A stretch of DNA of 63,582 nt, the filler included, from Reticulomyxa filosa (taxonomy: Eukaryota; Protista; Foraminifera): NCBI GenBank assembly GCA_000512085.1. It is 25 parts of 25 records of this genome, joined end to end, with 100 filler letters (N's around TTAATTAATTAA, not from the genome) between each part and the next. Parts side by side here need not be neighbours in the genome. Positions count along the whole stretch, not along the records: positions 39,954 to 41,670 come from ASPP01040143.1; positions 41,771 to 44,669 come from ASPP01034672.1; positions 44,770 to 46,528 come from ASPP01041307.1; positions 46,629 to 48,210 come from ASPP01023924.1; positions 48,311 to 51,871 come from ASPP01015168.1; positions 51,972 to 53,313 come from ASPP01033786.1; 19 more parts are not named here. One strand, given 5' to 3'. The notes below the pieces were generated by a model. The model did not search any database and had not been told where the DNA came from. It saw only the letters and a program-made list of their open reading frames with translations. Within the stretch, counting starts at the first letter, position 1, and each line of letters begins with the position of its first letter. The position numbers and the translations under genes were made by a program. Below are positions 39,854 through 52,177 of this stretch, in pieces.

Positions 39854-40397
39854 NNNNNNNNNNNNNNNNNNNNNNNNNNNNNNNNNNNNNNNNNNNNTTA
39901 ATTAATTAANNNNNNNNNNNNNNNNNNNNNNNNNNNNNNNNNNNNNNNNNNNNAAAGATATTGATAATTTGATAGAAGTGTATGTGTTATTGAATAACTT
40001 TTCAACCCCTACAACATGTTTTATGTTGCGTTATTTGATGACATTTCAAAAATACAGTCCAATGTTTGGATGAAAAAGATGTTCAATTGTTTTTTGAAAC
40101 AATACCTCCGGGTGAAGATTGTTTGAGAGTGAAGTGAAAGTGTACTGAATGTGGTAACATTAGGAAAAGAATTAATTGTGATTGATTTATTTTTGTTGAT
40201 TGAGCCAATGATATGTCTGAAATCATTCAGTTCAAAATTATTGTTTGTTTGTTTTTGTTTATTTGATGTTCACTTTAAATGAGGAACATTCATTATTTTA
40301 TCAAACGTAAAGGTTGGCATATTTTTTTGAAATATGTTTTTTTTAAAAAGTAATGATAACTCAAAATTGACGAAACTGAACAATTTCGTCACACTCT

Positions 40398-40470
40398 TTA
40401 TTACAAATGGTGAATATTCGACATATATTTGTATATGTCCATTAAACACTTGAATTTGTTGAATATTCCA
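40398..40470 (-). pseudogene. Small WD40-family relic
   Basis: QQIQVFNGH...VEYSPFVIK, closely similar to 39365..39435. Confidence 0.65.
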
Positions 40471-41334
40471 CTTTATAATTTATTTAGCTCTGTAGCTCAA
40501 AGTTTGTCTGCTTTAATATCTTTTAACTTTTCAGTTTTCTTCATTTAACAAAGATAAATCAAGAGTGAAATTTGAAATTAAATACTAAGTATATACTATC
40601 CAACCAAATTTATTTTAAAAGTGCAATAAATCACAATTATTTGGCTAGAAAATTGTGTCTTCAAGCTACAAGACCGTTATCGAATATGAATATCTTGCTA
40701 TCATTCACGTTATTTTTTTTTGGATGTAAAAGTCCTTATTTTTTATCATTGCCTGCGTTAATTGTTTTTAGCAAGTCCAGAGAGCAAATGTCAGCTCAAG
40801 ACAAAAATTTTTAAAGACATTCTTTTGTCTAATTAGTGGTTACTAGTTAGTAATTAAATGAAAACAAAAAAAACTTATTCTACTCCTTTTCTTTTGTAAT
40901 TCAAAAAAACTTTTCTATTTTCAAAAACTATTGTTGCATTAAAAGAAAAGATACAAACAAAACAAAAAAGTCCATTTGAATTTAGCATTCTATGATGTTT
41001 TATTTTTAACTTCAAAAAGGGTGACAGAAATTTCCATCAAATTGAATGCCAAGGCTTTTTTGAAGTAGATTTTTACCTTTTTAGAAGAGAGTACTTTTTT
41101 CCATATACATGATCCTAGTTGTTGTTATTTACATCAAGATATGACTCATTACAAACATTTTTATGCACTATTTGAACCAATTTCTGAAATAATACATATT
41201 GTTTTGTTCTCTATTTTTTTAACATAAGACAATCACTTATCATCACGTTTGCCATAGGATTTAAAACTACTTGTTATTCTTTTTGCAAACATAAAAAATC
41301 TCCTATCTTTAAAAAAACTTCAGCATTAATAACA

Positions 41335-41582
41335 CAAGAATCTCCTGAAAGAAAAACTCAACAAGTCAACATCTTACTACACTTTTTAAAAGTTTGAAGT
41401 CTTTTCCCACTCTACTTTCTGACTCTCGATGTATGTTGTACAAACACGAGATCTTCATCTGTGGAGGTGTATATAAAAGAGCTTGTTATTCTTATCATAC
41501 AATCAAAAACGAATACAGGTTTATTTATGAATATCCAAGCGATGTTACATTATGGGGACACTGTGTAGTGAAACTGGTAGAT
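41335..41582 (+). pseudogene. Truncated Kelch-like repeat family gene
   Basis: RCMLYKHEIFICGGVYKRACYSYHTIKNEYRFIYEYPSDVTLWGHCVVKL. Similarity ends abruptly. Confidence 0.75.
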
Positions 41583-42250
41583 ACACCAAATAAATCACTT
41601 AATTCTTCAAAGAAAAAAATTCATAAATGTTTTTACTAAATAAAATAAACCAGTGACAACTCTTACTTTCNNNNNNNNNNNNNNNNNNNNNNNNNNNNNN
41701 NNNNNNNNNNNNNNTTAATTAATTAANNNNNNNNNNNNNNNNNNNNNNNNNNNNNNNNNNNNNNNNNNNNAGTTGAGTTATTACAACTCTGGAGTCAGTT
41801 ATGACTCATGTATCGCTACAGTAGTGAACGTTTAGCATAGTTTTGTACTTGAAAAAAAGGTGTAAAACAAGATTTCAGTTGGGTTTCAATGGCCAAAGCG
41901 AAATTAATGATGCCATCAAAATATAAAATAATCAACTATAAAAAAACCTAACGAGTGAAAAAGAAATGACTGAAGTGCTTTACAATGTGTGCTTCGATTT
42001 ATCAGGTGTTGGAGGAGGCTAAAGATGAGTAAAAAATGCTGTTGCCTCGAATGTTATCGGCGTTGTAATATTTGATTATGGTTTTTTACAACATTTGCTT
42101 TCGAAGCTTTTTTTGCAAACTGTAAAAATGTAAAAACGTTGAATGAAAATTTGTGTGTACTTAAAACGAAAAACGGTTAAAAAAAAGAATTACCCCGTTT
42201 TTTAAAACTTTTTATTGCAGAGAGTTTCTACAAATTTTTACAAGCAGAAA

Positions 42251-42644
42251 ATGTCAAAACAAAAGGAACAAGCAAAGCCGAATCATGTTAGGGTGCATAG
42301 TGATTCAGACATTATTCAAAGCGTACAAGAGTCGTGGACGGTACGTGGTTTTTTTTTTTTGGGTGCTTTTTTGACGTTCTGTTTGCTGTGTGTAGGAGAT
42401 ATCGAAGCAGATAAATAAAGACAACTTTAGATTAACAAGAAACGGTAAGGTAATTAAATTCTCCTGGAAAATGCCAAAAGAAGATGGATTAGAAAAAATG
42501 AAGAAGGAGTTGATTTTCGGTATTAACCCTCCCACGACTCCACAAGAAATGGAAGAAAGGATGATTCAATGGTGTACAGAAAACAGTGACATAGTTCAAA
42601 AGAACGCAGGAGAAGCACGTCCTCGAATGTTATCGGCGCTGTAA
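42251..42644 (+). CDS. Two-exon 112-aa hypothetical protein ending in PRMLSAL
   Basis: Exon 42251..42340, GT-AG intron 42341..42395 and exon 42396..42644 give an uninterrupted frame. Confidence 0.6.
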
Positions 42645-44039
42645 TGTGTGTAGAATGCAGTTTTGGAAGTGTGAGTGTTCAATTCGATAACAAAGGTTTT
42701 ACACACGTGCCAAAAATTTCGATTGTAGTATATGTGATAAAAACTACTTTAAAAAAATTTTGATCCTTTTTAAAAAAGTGGCCCTTTTAACTTTTTCTTG
42801 TCATCAAAAAAGAGAACAAATTCAAAGCCTCCCCAATATGACAATTTACTTGGTCATTTCCTATAACATTTGTGTAATTGATCAAGCATAATTGACAATA
42901 ACATAAAAATTTGCACTATCGTATGGCGAATACATTACCATTAACTTTCTGTAAATCCTTCTGTTCTTTAGCTCCTAGACACACCTAAATGCGTTCTCAA
43001 ACTTTGTAAGTCTAAGTAAATCAAAATGCTGCGTCCTGTCGAACACGTAAAAAAAATGTACTGTTGAGAATGCCTTCAATACAATTATAAACACAAAAAG
43101 CCAAAAAGACACTCAAAAGGTGTTCCATTTTTTTTTATCTTTCATTTTTTGTGCAGTTAAATCTATTTTAGAAAACAAACAGCATTATTTGTGTTATTCC
43201 CATACATTTGTTCGAGCAGTTTACATGCACAAACGTTCAGGTAGTTTCTGTGCAGTAAAACGAAAAATGAAATGCATCTAAATATTTTTTAGAAAGCAAA
43301 CGAAAAAATGAATTACTACCAAATTCTTAAGTGTTATGTATTAACTTCTCTTTGGAGCGGGAAAGTACGTTTTTAAGAAAAATGAAAATGAATTTATGAA
43401 ATTAAATTAAAAGAAAAGTGAAATATTTCGGGTCATACTTACCCCATTGTGAAGTAAGTAGTGTTACTACAAAAGTACCATAAATTTGTATGACATTTCT
43501 TTGTGCAACGAAGAACTACGCCAAGAGTTATATACGTTCTAATACAAAAAAAAACCAACTTAATTAGTAAAGTTCAAGAAATACAAAAAGTAACACAAAA
43601 CAAGTTTTTTTTGTTAAAAGAGTTTCCAACAAAAAAGCAGATCAAATTTTACAAACTGCACTTTTTTCGAGATGATAATCATCAATTTACAACACTATCA
43701 ATATTCAAAAATCGCTCAAATAGAAAAAATTAGTGTTACAATGATTTTATTATTTTGTGCTAATATTTAATTGTCGACAATGAAAAAAGAAAACCTGTGA
43801 TAAGAATTAGCGCTCGGCTTTACTAGTTGTCTCATTTTTGAATAGCAAACAACAAGTAACATGCGCATAATGTCGATCTTTTTTGACGTTAAAAATCAAC
43901 AATTGTCAACATAAAATCTTGAAACAACAGCGATTTGAATACAAGTTGAAAATTTTTTCAAAAGAAAACTGCACATGAGCAAAAAAGCAATAAAAAAAGA
44001 CAAAGAAAAATTTCAACATTCCCAAAAAAAAAGAAAAAA

Positions 44040-44570
44040 TTACTCGTGTGACTGAGTAGTAAGCGACTTGTCACTAGTCTCTTCATCTGAGTCGGAATAC
44101 CCCACAACAATGACTAAATCGGGGTCTTCCAATACAGTGGAGTGATTATTGAAAGCGGGCCCTCTCGTGCTGAACTTGCGTTTCATGAGCCGATCAATTT
44201 CGACACTCTCTTGTGTTCTTGGATGATGAACAGGCGAATCGGGGCTGTCTACAGCCTGTTCGTCACCAGAATTGATCTCCTCTTCTTCGCTGCTGTCAGT
44301 GTAATCTGCAGGTTGGTTATTCTCATCGTGTTTGGATTTGATAAGGGACAATCTGGGCTGTGTTCCATTTGTGTCATCCATGTCCTGTGAGCCGACACTT
44401 TCAGCAGCGCTGATATTGTCTGCCAATGGCAGATGTTTGTTGGCAAGTTGGTTCCTTTCGTCGTCACTCTTGGTTTCAGGCGCTTTGATATCGCCACTAT
44501 TTTCACTACTTTGAGGTAACGACAATGGTTGTGAGTGGTTGTTGACTTTATCTGTTTTGGTTACACGCCA
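44040..44570 (-). CDS. Acidic/Ser-rich disordered exon of an unknown gene
   Basis: 161-aa ORF with coding-like composition. Confidence 0.5.
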   Translation of the reverse strand, partial: WRVTKTDKVNNHSQPLSLPQSSENSGDIKAPETKSDDERNQLANKHLPLADNISAAESVGSQDMDDTNGTQPRLSLIKSKHDENNQPADYTDSSEEEEINSGDEQAVDSPDSPVHHPRTQESVEIDRLMKRKFSTRGPAFNNHSTVLEDPDLVIVVGYSDSDEETSDKSLTTQSHE

Positions 44571-44914
44571 GCAATAAGAAAGAGAGGATGCACGTTTATT
44601 TAATTTTTAACATATATATATATACATATGTACATATTAATAGTTTGATTGATTGACATACAAACTAATNNNNNNNNNNNNNNNNNNNNNNNNNNNNNNN
44701 NNNNNNNNNNNNNTTAATTAATTAANNNNNNNNNNNNNNNNNNNNNNNNNNNNNNNNNNNNNNNNNNNNCTCTTCAGTACCATTTTCTTCAAATAAAATT
44801 TCATAAATTCATTAACACTAGCGAAGAATATAGCTATTATTCACATGTTTTGTTTTAAATAAATGTCGAAATACTTGCTATTATCATTCAAATCAAACCA
44901 ACATTTCATACTAA

Positions 44915-46528
44915 TTTACTTGTCTTTCAAACTTTTTTCTCAAATCAATGAAGGGCTTGATATTGTTGTTATGTTTGCTCAAGTGCCATACTTGTTTCAG
45001 GTCGGCCCAGTTGTCGAACGGACAGATTGGAGCTGGCATTGTCTTGGGACGGCTCATGTCGGCCTTGGACATTGACACAAAGACTCAAGTCAAGTGCAGG
45101 ATCGGACAATGTTTTCCAAAGTCTGCAAAGTCACTTGTCTCGATTATCTCTAGATTGTCTCTCATGCTCGCCATTGCCCTTATCCATCTTATCTGTCGTA
45201 TCAATCGTATCTGTTTTATCAGTCTTATCTGTTTTATTCGTGTTATTAATCTTCTCCATCTTGCTCATCGCACTTGCACTTGTATTTGCACATTCAGTAA
45301 ACGATAGCATTGATATCGCACGATCATTTTCATTAGTCTCCACTTTGACCGGGACTATTGTTTTTTTTTTTTTTTTTGCGATCTCTTGACTGTGATTTAA
45401 CCCGCCATCATTTTGCTTGTCTTTTTTTTTTTTTTGTTTCATTCACACACACACACACACACACACAACTCAAAAGTGATTGAAAAGAAAGAGGAGTGGT
45501 GTATCGATGCCAATGTAAGAACAAGCATATATACACATACACACACATTACTTACCTGTCCATTGATAATTTGAATCGCAGGCAATGTCGTCACGAAGCT
45601 CAACTTTGATCAACTCTGTCGTGGTCATGTGAAGGTTCCAAGCTATCTGCCTTCCGTTTCCTCGTATTTGATATTGTTGCCATTGTTGTTATTATTACTA
45701 TGTTAACCCCTCCCCCCCCTTTGACGGCAGGTTTGAGTGGGATAGTAAGTTGTTTCTTTTTTGGCCGACGTGAGTGTAGCATTGACATTGATATTGATAT
45801 TGATATTGATATTAGCATTGGTATTGAGACACACCCCGATGAGGATGAAGGTGGTAGAGAAGAGTATGACGACCTGCTTCAATGTTTCCAATTTGGCTTT
45901 GATTTCGCCATAAACGCATTTTGTAGTAAATGGTGCGCAATTTCGTCATGGTGATTGGCCAGCTTCTTGCAGACCCGCCACGTGTTTGGATTCAAAGTCC
46001 TTTTTCTTGGCTCATTTGCTGCAACTAGCTCCCTCAGCTCTTGAATAGTGTCCTTCGAGTACTTCCACTTGCGTTTCGTACTGCTCCAGCTTTTTGCTGC
46101 TCTTTGCCACGCTGCAGTTCACACTCGAAAAGTGCAGCGTATCTTCCATACGTCTTGCACTTTGCACTGCCACTCCTTCTCCACCACTCTCGTGTCTGCG
46201 TACACTCTTTTTTTTGGCTTCGCTTCAGCTCCGTCCTCAATCGTGCTATCTCTCTCTCTCTCTCTTTGCCGATCACACAAGCGTTGAATCACAGATGCTT
46301 TATTCCCTTCTGTCTTTGCTGCTGCTGTTGTTGTTGTTTTGGGCGTTTGTACAGATGCTTCTGTCGTCTCTTTGCTCTCTACTTTCACGTCTGCACTTTT
46401 CATCTTTTCTGTTGCCATGTTGCATTTTCCATTATCACTTAATTTGCATATTGGCTTGGCTTCATAGCCTTGATTTGCCATTTGCCCGATTGATTCCCAA
46501 GTTTTGCTATCCAAAGCATTATCGTTCT
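44915..46528 (-). CDS. Fragmented coiled-coil/low-complexity protein, possibly a pseudogene
   Basis: Exon-like blocks (EREIARLRTELKRSQ; TDKTDKTD repeats) in shifting frames. Confidence 0.35.
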
Positions 46529-46628
46529 NNNNNNNNNNNNNNNNNNNNNNNNNNNNNNNNNNNNNNNNNNNNTTAATTAATTAANNNNNNNNNNNNNNNN
46601 NNNNNNNNNNNNNNNNNNNNNNNNNNNN

Positions 46629-47620
46629 CAAAGAGTTTGAAGATGAACGCGCAAGAGAGAGATAGAGAGTCAATTTTTGTCCAAGTCAAAACTTTATTCA
46701 TTTTGTCCCCGAGCGTTTTACACTTTGGTTCCGGTCCTTTGGTATGATTATGTAATATAAACACAAATCCCCCCCCATACACACTAACCAAGCAATAGTC
46801 CAATTTGAGCCTACATAATGCAATGCTAACGGACTAACAAACACTTCATACAATTTTACTAAACCATACATAAACGGCACATAAATGTTCGACCATTCAT
46901 TTTCCTTCAATTCATACCTTTTTTTTTTTTTTTTTTTGTTTCATTATTTTGTTTCATTTGATTTGTAAAGCCGTTCCAAGGAACACACAGCTCATACAAA
47001 ACATGGTTTTAGAAAGCAAAGTGTGATCCATACAATCGTCTATTGTTTTCTCGTTTGAGAGCTTTCTGATTAGCTGTCATGTTGTCTCCAGTGTTGATTA
47101 TGCATCCGCCCTTTCTTTGGACATTCTGAATTTTGTCATTCTTTTCTTTGATACATTGTGGATCAATGTGCAAGTGAAAAAATTCTATTTTTTTTTTTTT
47201 TTAAAAAGAGAACTTTGGAGTATGGGTCTTCAACAATTGTTTTTTTTTTTTTTCTCCCTCTTCCTCAAACATATTAGTTCTCGTACCTGCCAATGATTGT
47301 TGGCCAAACAATCTTTGTGTCTGATTGTTCAATTGTCCGCAATTTTTAGCTGGAAAGTGCTTCATTATTTGTTTCCAATTTCCACAGCCATATCTTATTA
47401 ATGCAAAACGGAGTGCTTCAGCTTCTTCGTTTGTCCAACCTTTACATTTTTGAAAAAAATACTGCTTCCTTATTGTCATTTGCAACTTCCGTTCCCTTTT
47501 TTTGCTTGTTCTGGGAACATAGACGGAAGTCATAGTAAAACAGATATTACCTGGAGATAACGTGTAATTCCAGAGACTCTTTGAATCAGCAGAACTTTGC
47601 CACAAAGCACGACTTGTCAT
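46629..47620 (-). CDS. Homologue of p1 (AMTP1), the Myb/homeobox-like DNA-binding subunit of the MTA1c/AMT1 DNA 6mA methyltransferase complex, 3' partial
   Basis: Removing introns 47550..47440 and 47286..47185 gives SKSLWNYTLSPGWTNEEAEALRFALIRYGCGNWKQI...GQLNNQTQRLFGQQSLAEFFHLHID...RKGGCIINTGDN, matching the ciliate p1 N-terminal domain as I recall it. Confidence 0.85.
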
Positions 47621-48172
47621 TCTTGTCTTATTGTATGGAGAGATTAAATGTTCACTTTTTTCTTGGATTCGCCCTTGACCCCTTTTACTTTGAAAAGGCA
47701 AGTAATTCCCTGTTTCTGATTCTGTTTGAAATTTAGTATCTTACATATTTTTTGTTATGTAATTAATTTACAAAAGCATCTATTTGCAAGAATAAAAGCA
47801 TAAAAATAAATCTTTCTATCTGAATACGTAAAATAACTTTAAAGACGTTATTAATACAAAAGTATTCAAAAAGATCCGGTTCAAAGACAGGATTTTTTTT
47901 TTGCAAACAACGCCAAGAATCACACCCAATAAACATTAACGAAAGTTGCAAATGGAAAAAGGTAACAGCGTACCGTCATATCAGAAACAAATGGATTAGA
48001 CAAAAAGCGTCAAGGCAAAGACAGATATAAGCAGAGTTGTAAATTCATGAAAACATTGACTAATTTGTAACATAAACAAAAGAAGAGGGGATGGGGAAAA
48101 ATACGACATATCAAAATGTCGAGCCATGAGACACGAATTAAAAAAAAATGTTGGTTTAGTTTTTTTTTTTGG

Positions 48173-48207
<35 letters not shown>

Positions 48208-48774
48208 CCCNNNNNNNNNNNNNNNNNNNNNNNNNNNNNNNNNNNNNNNNNNNNTTAATTAATTAANNNNNNNNNNNNNNNNNNNNNNNNNNNNNNNNNN
48301 NNNNNNNNNNTTTGTTTATTTTTTGTTTTTGTTTATGTGTGCTGCCAGTGTCCGTTGCTGATACCTGAATGTTTCCAAAAAAAAAAAAAAAAAAAGTGTG
48401 GATATACAAAAAAATGTGCGTTTCACGCTTAAATTATTGACACAAAAAAATCTCCAGTATTGGTGAGTCATACAATTTTTAATTTACTTTAGTGTAAATA
48501 TCATACTTTTTTTCACCATGTCTCTCCGCATTTCCGGTAAATGTTTTCAAAAAATACGCACTTTTTTTTTAAGATTTCTCATACGAGCCACTTCTCATTG
48601 ATTTATGTTTTTTATTCTTATTTTAAAAAATTTTATTTTATTTTGGCTTTTTTTAATTATAGGCAAAAAAACGTTTACACTCCAAAATGATGCGTGATTG
48701 TTAGAAAAAGTAAACGAATTTCCAATGGCAATTGTTTTTAAAAAAAGACAAGCTCGTCTAGTAGTATTTTGAAA

Positions 48775-49428
48775 TTAAGTAAGAGAAGAAGGCTGTATTT
48801 TGAAAAACTGCAAATTAGGAAAAGTCATAGAAACGAAATTGAGGAGCTTTTGTTGATATTCTTGCAGATTGTACTTAGTGACACAATATACTTCCATGAT
48901 CTGGTAGTTTTTAGAACCAGACAAGTCTTCCATCGATTTTTGATCGCTCAAGGTGTAGATAAGAACTTGAAACAAATCCTGGACATTGTTGTACTGAACA
49001 CCTTTTTGGACCCATGAAAACTTAACAAAATGGCCCAAATAAGCAAGAAATGCATCCATGTCTCCAGAAAACACTTCAATTTGATCAATACTTCGAATTA
49101 AACATTGGTGTTTGTGATACACTAATTCCCTCCCGCTTACCTCCAAATATTTCGATTTCTTCCTGGGTGATTTTTCTGAGTTATCGTCCGACAATGATTC
49201 CACCGTTGTCACACTCCCAAACATTTCATCTTTGTCATTTTTAGGTTTGAACACTGTTTTTTTGTTGTGGATTACTGTTCGTGGATTTTTTTCTCCACAC
49301 AGCTTTTTGAGTTTGTTGTGAATCTCTTCTTGTGTAGATGGAATCACCAGTGTAAATAATGTAAGATGGTAATCACTACTTTTTGTGTTTGTTTCTTTTG
49401 CTGAGGACGATTTTAGTAGTTGGGACAT
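48775..49428 (-). CDS. MED18: Mediator subunit Med18 (Srb5)
   Basis: 217 aa with LKKLCG, CLIRSIDQIEV..DMDAFLAYLG, SWVQKG, IMEVYC and LLNFVSM..P.LQFFK, following the Med18 pattern. Confidence 0.75.
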   Translation of the reverse strand: MSQLLKSSSAKETNTKSSDYHLTLFTLVIPSTQEEIHNKLKKLCGEKNPRTVIHNKKTVFKPKNDKDEMFGSVTTVESLSDDNSEKSPRKKSKYLEVSGRELVYHKHQCLIRSIDQIEVFSGDMDAFLAYLGHFVKFSWVQKGVQYNNVQDLFQVLIYTLSDQKSMEDLSGSKNYQIMEVYCVTKYNLQEYQQKLLNFVSMTFPNLQFFKIQPSSLT

Positions 49429-49986
49429 TTTTTGTTGTTACGTGGGAGGCTAGACCTTTTGGAATGCTGTGTCCATATTTTTAACAGAACTTTTCAAAAA
49501 TATTGAATTGTAGCTAGAAAGCAAACAAATTGCACTTTACGAATATCAACATTAGTGTCCACGGAAACATAGCATAGTCGTTTCAAACTATGTAATTACA
49601 AAAAAGTTTTCTTTTTCCTTATCTATTCTTCTTTCCATCAATCAAAAAAATAAAATTCCACCAAATGCAATGAACAAATTGCTTTATCACATGACTATTT
49701 GAAGGGTACTATTGATAAAATCTTCGAAAGGGTGCTTTCGCAATAGCAAAGCAGAAAAAAAACTCTTAATTGACATTGTCACTACAAAACATGTTTTCGC
49801 ATTTATCCACTCTCGGCAAGAGATCCTCTTCTCTGGTGTCAGGAACAAATTTTGCACAGCTTTCCAAGAAGAGCTTTCATTTCCACATTCTGCCTGGAGG
49901 TTTTTTCTTTTTTTTTTTCTTATGAGCAGGGGAGGGGGGGGGAGAGCGTGTGAAAAAAGAACGAAAGAAGCGAACAAACACGAAAA

Positions 49987-50757
49987 ATGAACAACGGAAA
50001 TGATGGAACAGGTCCACAAAATAACAACGACAAAAGACACATATTATTGAACCTCCGCGCGTTAAAAAATCGCATAAAAGCAGTGGGAGTGTGGCAAACA
50101 ATTTTAGACTTTAACCAATCCAGTGAAATTAACTTTGGAGAAACCTTGGGTACATTGAGAGGAGTCGATGAATTTGGAAATAGATATTACGAAAACTTGG
50201 ACAACCAATTTGGTCTGTTTTTTTTTTATTTTTTAAAATTTGTAATCTTTAACCCCTTTTTTTTTTCTCAACACAAAACAGGAAGACATCGTTGGATTAA
50301 TTATGCGGAGAGACGACGTGAGCTCTCTCACGCAGGAACAATCCCTCCTGGCTGGTGGGGTTGGATTCACTTTTCCAACTCGCACATCCCTGCTGATGTA
50401 TTCATTCATTTTCTAATTTTTCTTTTTTTTTTTTAAAAAAATTAGTCTGCTTTGGAAAATATGCGAAAAGCAAAGATATTTATGTATACGTATATATATG
50501 TATACATATATACATATATGTTATGTAATGGGCTTGATGTGGTTGATGACTGTGAATAAAAGGAAGGGGCATTAAAACCTCCACGATGGGTATTATTGCA
50601 TCAAGAAAACTTCACTGGAAGTGACAAGCGCTATGTCCCAAGCAATTACGGAAGACATCGCGCCAACCTCAAGTATGAACCTTGGCAACCCAATCGTCCA
50701 AAACAAATCACCGCTCAAGAGTATAGAGCTTTGAATGCCTCATCAGACAACAAGTGA
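49987..50757 (+). CDS. NDUFA12: NADH:ubiquinone oxidoreductase subunit NDUFA12 (B17.2), three exons
   Basis: GTLRGVDEFGNRYYEN, GRHRWINY, IPPGWWGWIH, HQENFTG...YVP and YEPWQP. Confidence 0.92.
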
Positions 50758-51205
50758 AAGTCTTTTTAATAACCCGTTTTTGTTTAAAAAAAAATGGTGA
50801 AACAATTTCGATCGGCATTTTCTTTTTCAATATTTCGTCAACAATTACCATACGTTCCTCTTGTACTTACATCCATTCCTTCTTTTTTTTTTCCCATTCC
50901 TATCTTTTTCTGTGGGCAAGGCAGTCTTTCCTTCCAAGAAATTTAGCATGTCCATCATTTTCACTATGAAACTTGTTAACTTTTTTTTTTTTTTTTTGCT
51001 TTTGTTATCTTCTACAACTAGATACGAGTTGGATTAAAAAGCAAAATACTTATCTATTTTGAAATATGTTTCCACTTACTGTTTGCTGACAAGTTTAGAC
51101 CACATTGCCCAAGATCAAACAGCTGAGCTTGTTTAGGTGCAACCCGTAAATCATCTCAACGATAATTTAGTATCCTTTTCCAAGTGATTGCTTTCCATTT
51201 CCAGA

Positions 51206-51765
51206 ATGAGGTTTGTGCAACCTGAACTGGCTCTAACATTTTGAATGATGTTGAAAAAAAACAACATAAAACCACTGTAAACTCGTTCTTTAAAATAAAA
51301 CAGTATTTGGGCAAAAGTCGAGGAATTACCTCCAGATGCAATATTTCTGACAAAAACACTGTTCAACAAAGACACGAGCCCAGCAAAGATAAACTTGGGC
51401 ATCGGCGCGTATCGAACGGAAGAGGGTAACCCTTACGTGCTGAAAGTGGTGAGAAAAGTAGAACACGACATAATTAACGACGAGAAATTGGACAAAGAAT
51501 ATGCACCGATTTGTGGGGAACCACAATATGTGCAGCTGTGCCAATCAGTGATTTTGGGCAAGGACTCCCCTGCCCTCAAGGAAAAACGAGTTTCGTATCC
51601 AATAAAATTTATTTTTTTTGGTAACCCGCAGGATCGCATTTAGAAGAGAGAAGATTAAAAAAAACATTAGACTGCTGGTGCACAATCGTTGTCAGGAACA
51701 GGTGCATTGCGTGTGTTATGTGAATTTCTTAAAGTGAATTTCCCTGAAAGCAAGGTGTACTTAAG
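51206..51765 (+). CDS. Aspartate aminotransferase, probably cytosolic, 3' partial
   Basis: A 5-nt first coding exon (ATGAG) and intron 51211..51303 give MSIWAKVEELPPDAIF. Also INLGIGAYRTEEG, EYAPICG and QSLSGTGALR. Confidence 0.93.
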
Positions 51766-51832
51766 GTATGTGTATGTATAACAAAAGACATTGAACAAAA
51801 AGGGGGGGGGGGGGAAAAGAGAGGACTTCAAC

Positions 51833-51871
<39 letters not shown>

Positions 51872-52177
51872 NNNNNNNNNNNNNNNNNNNNNNNNNNNNN
51901 NNNNNNNNNNNNNNNTTAATTAATTAANNNNNNNNNNNNNNNNNNNNNNNNNNNNNNNNNNNNNNNNNNNNAAAAAAAATGAAAAAAAGAAAAAAAGAAA
52001 ATAAAAAAAGAATGAGAAAATAAAAATGAAAAAAAATTTTGGAAAGTGAAAAAAAAAAACAAAAATGACAACTGGAAAAAAGTGGAAAAAAAAGAAAAAA
52101 AGTGAAAAAAAAATGAAAATGGAAAAGTGGAGGGAAGAAGAAGGAGCAGCGGCAACAATACCAACAGCAACATAAGT

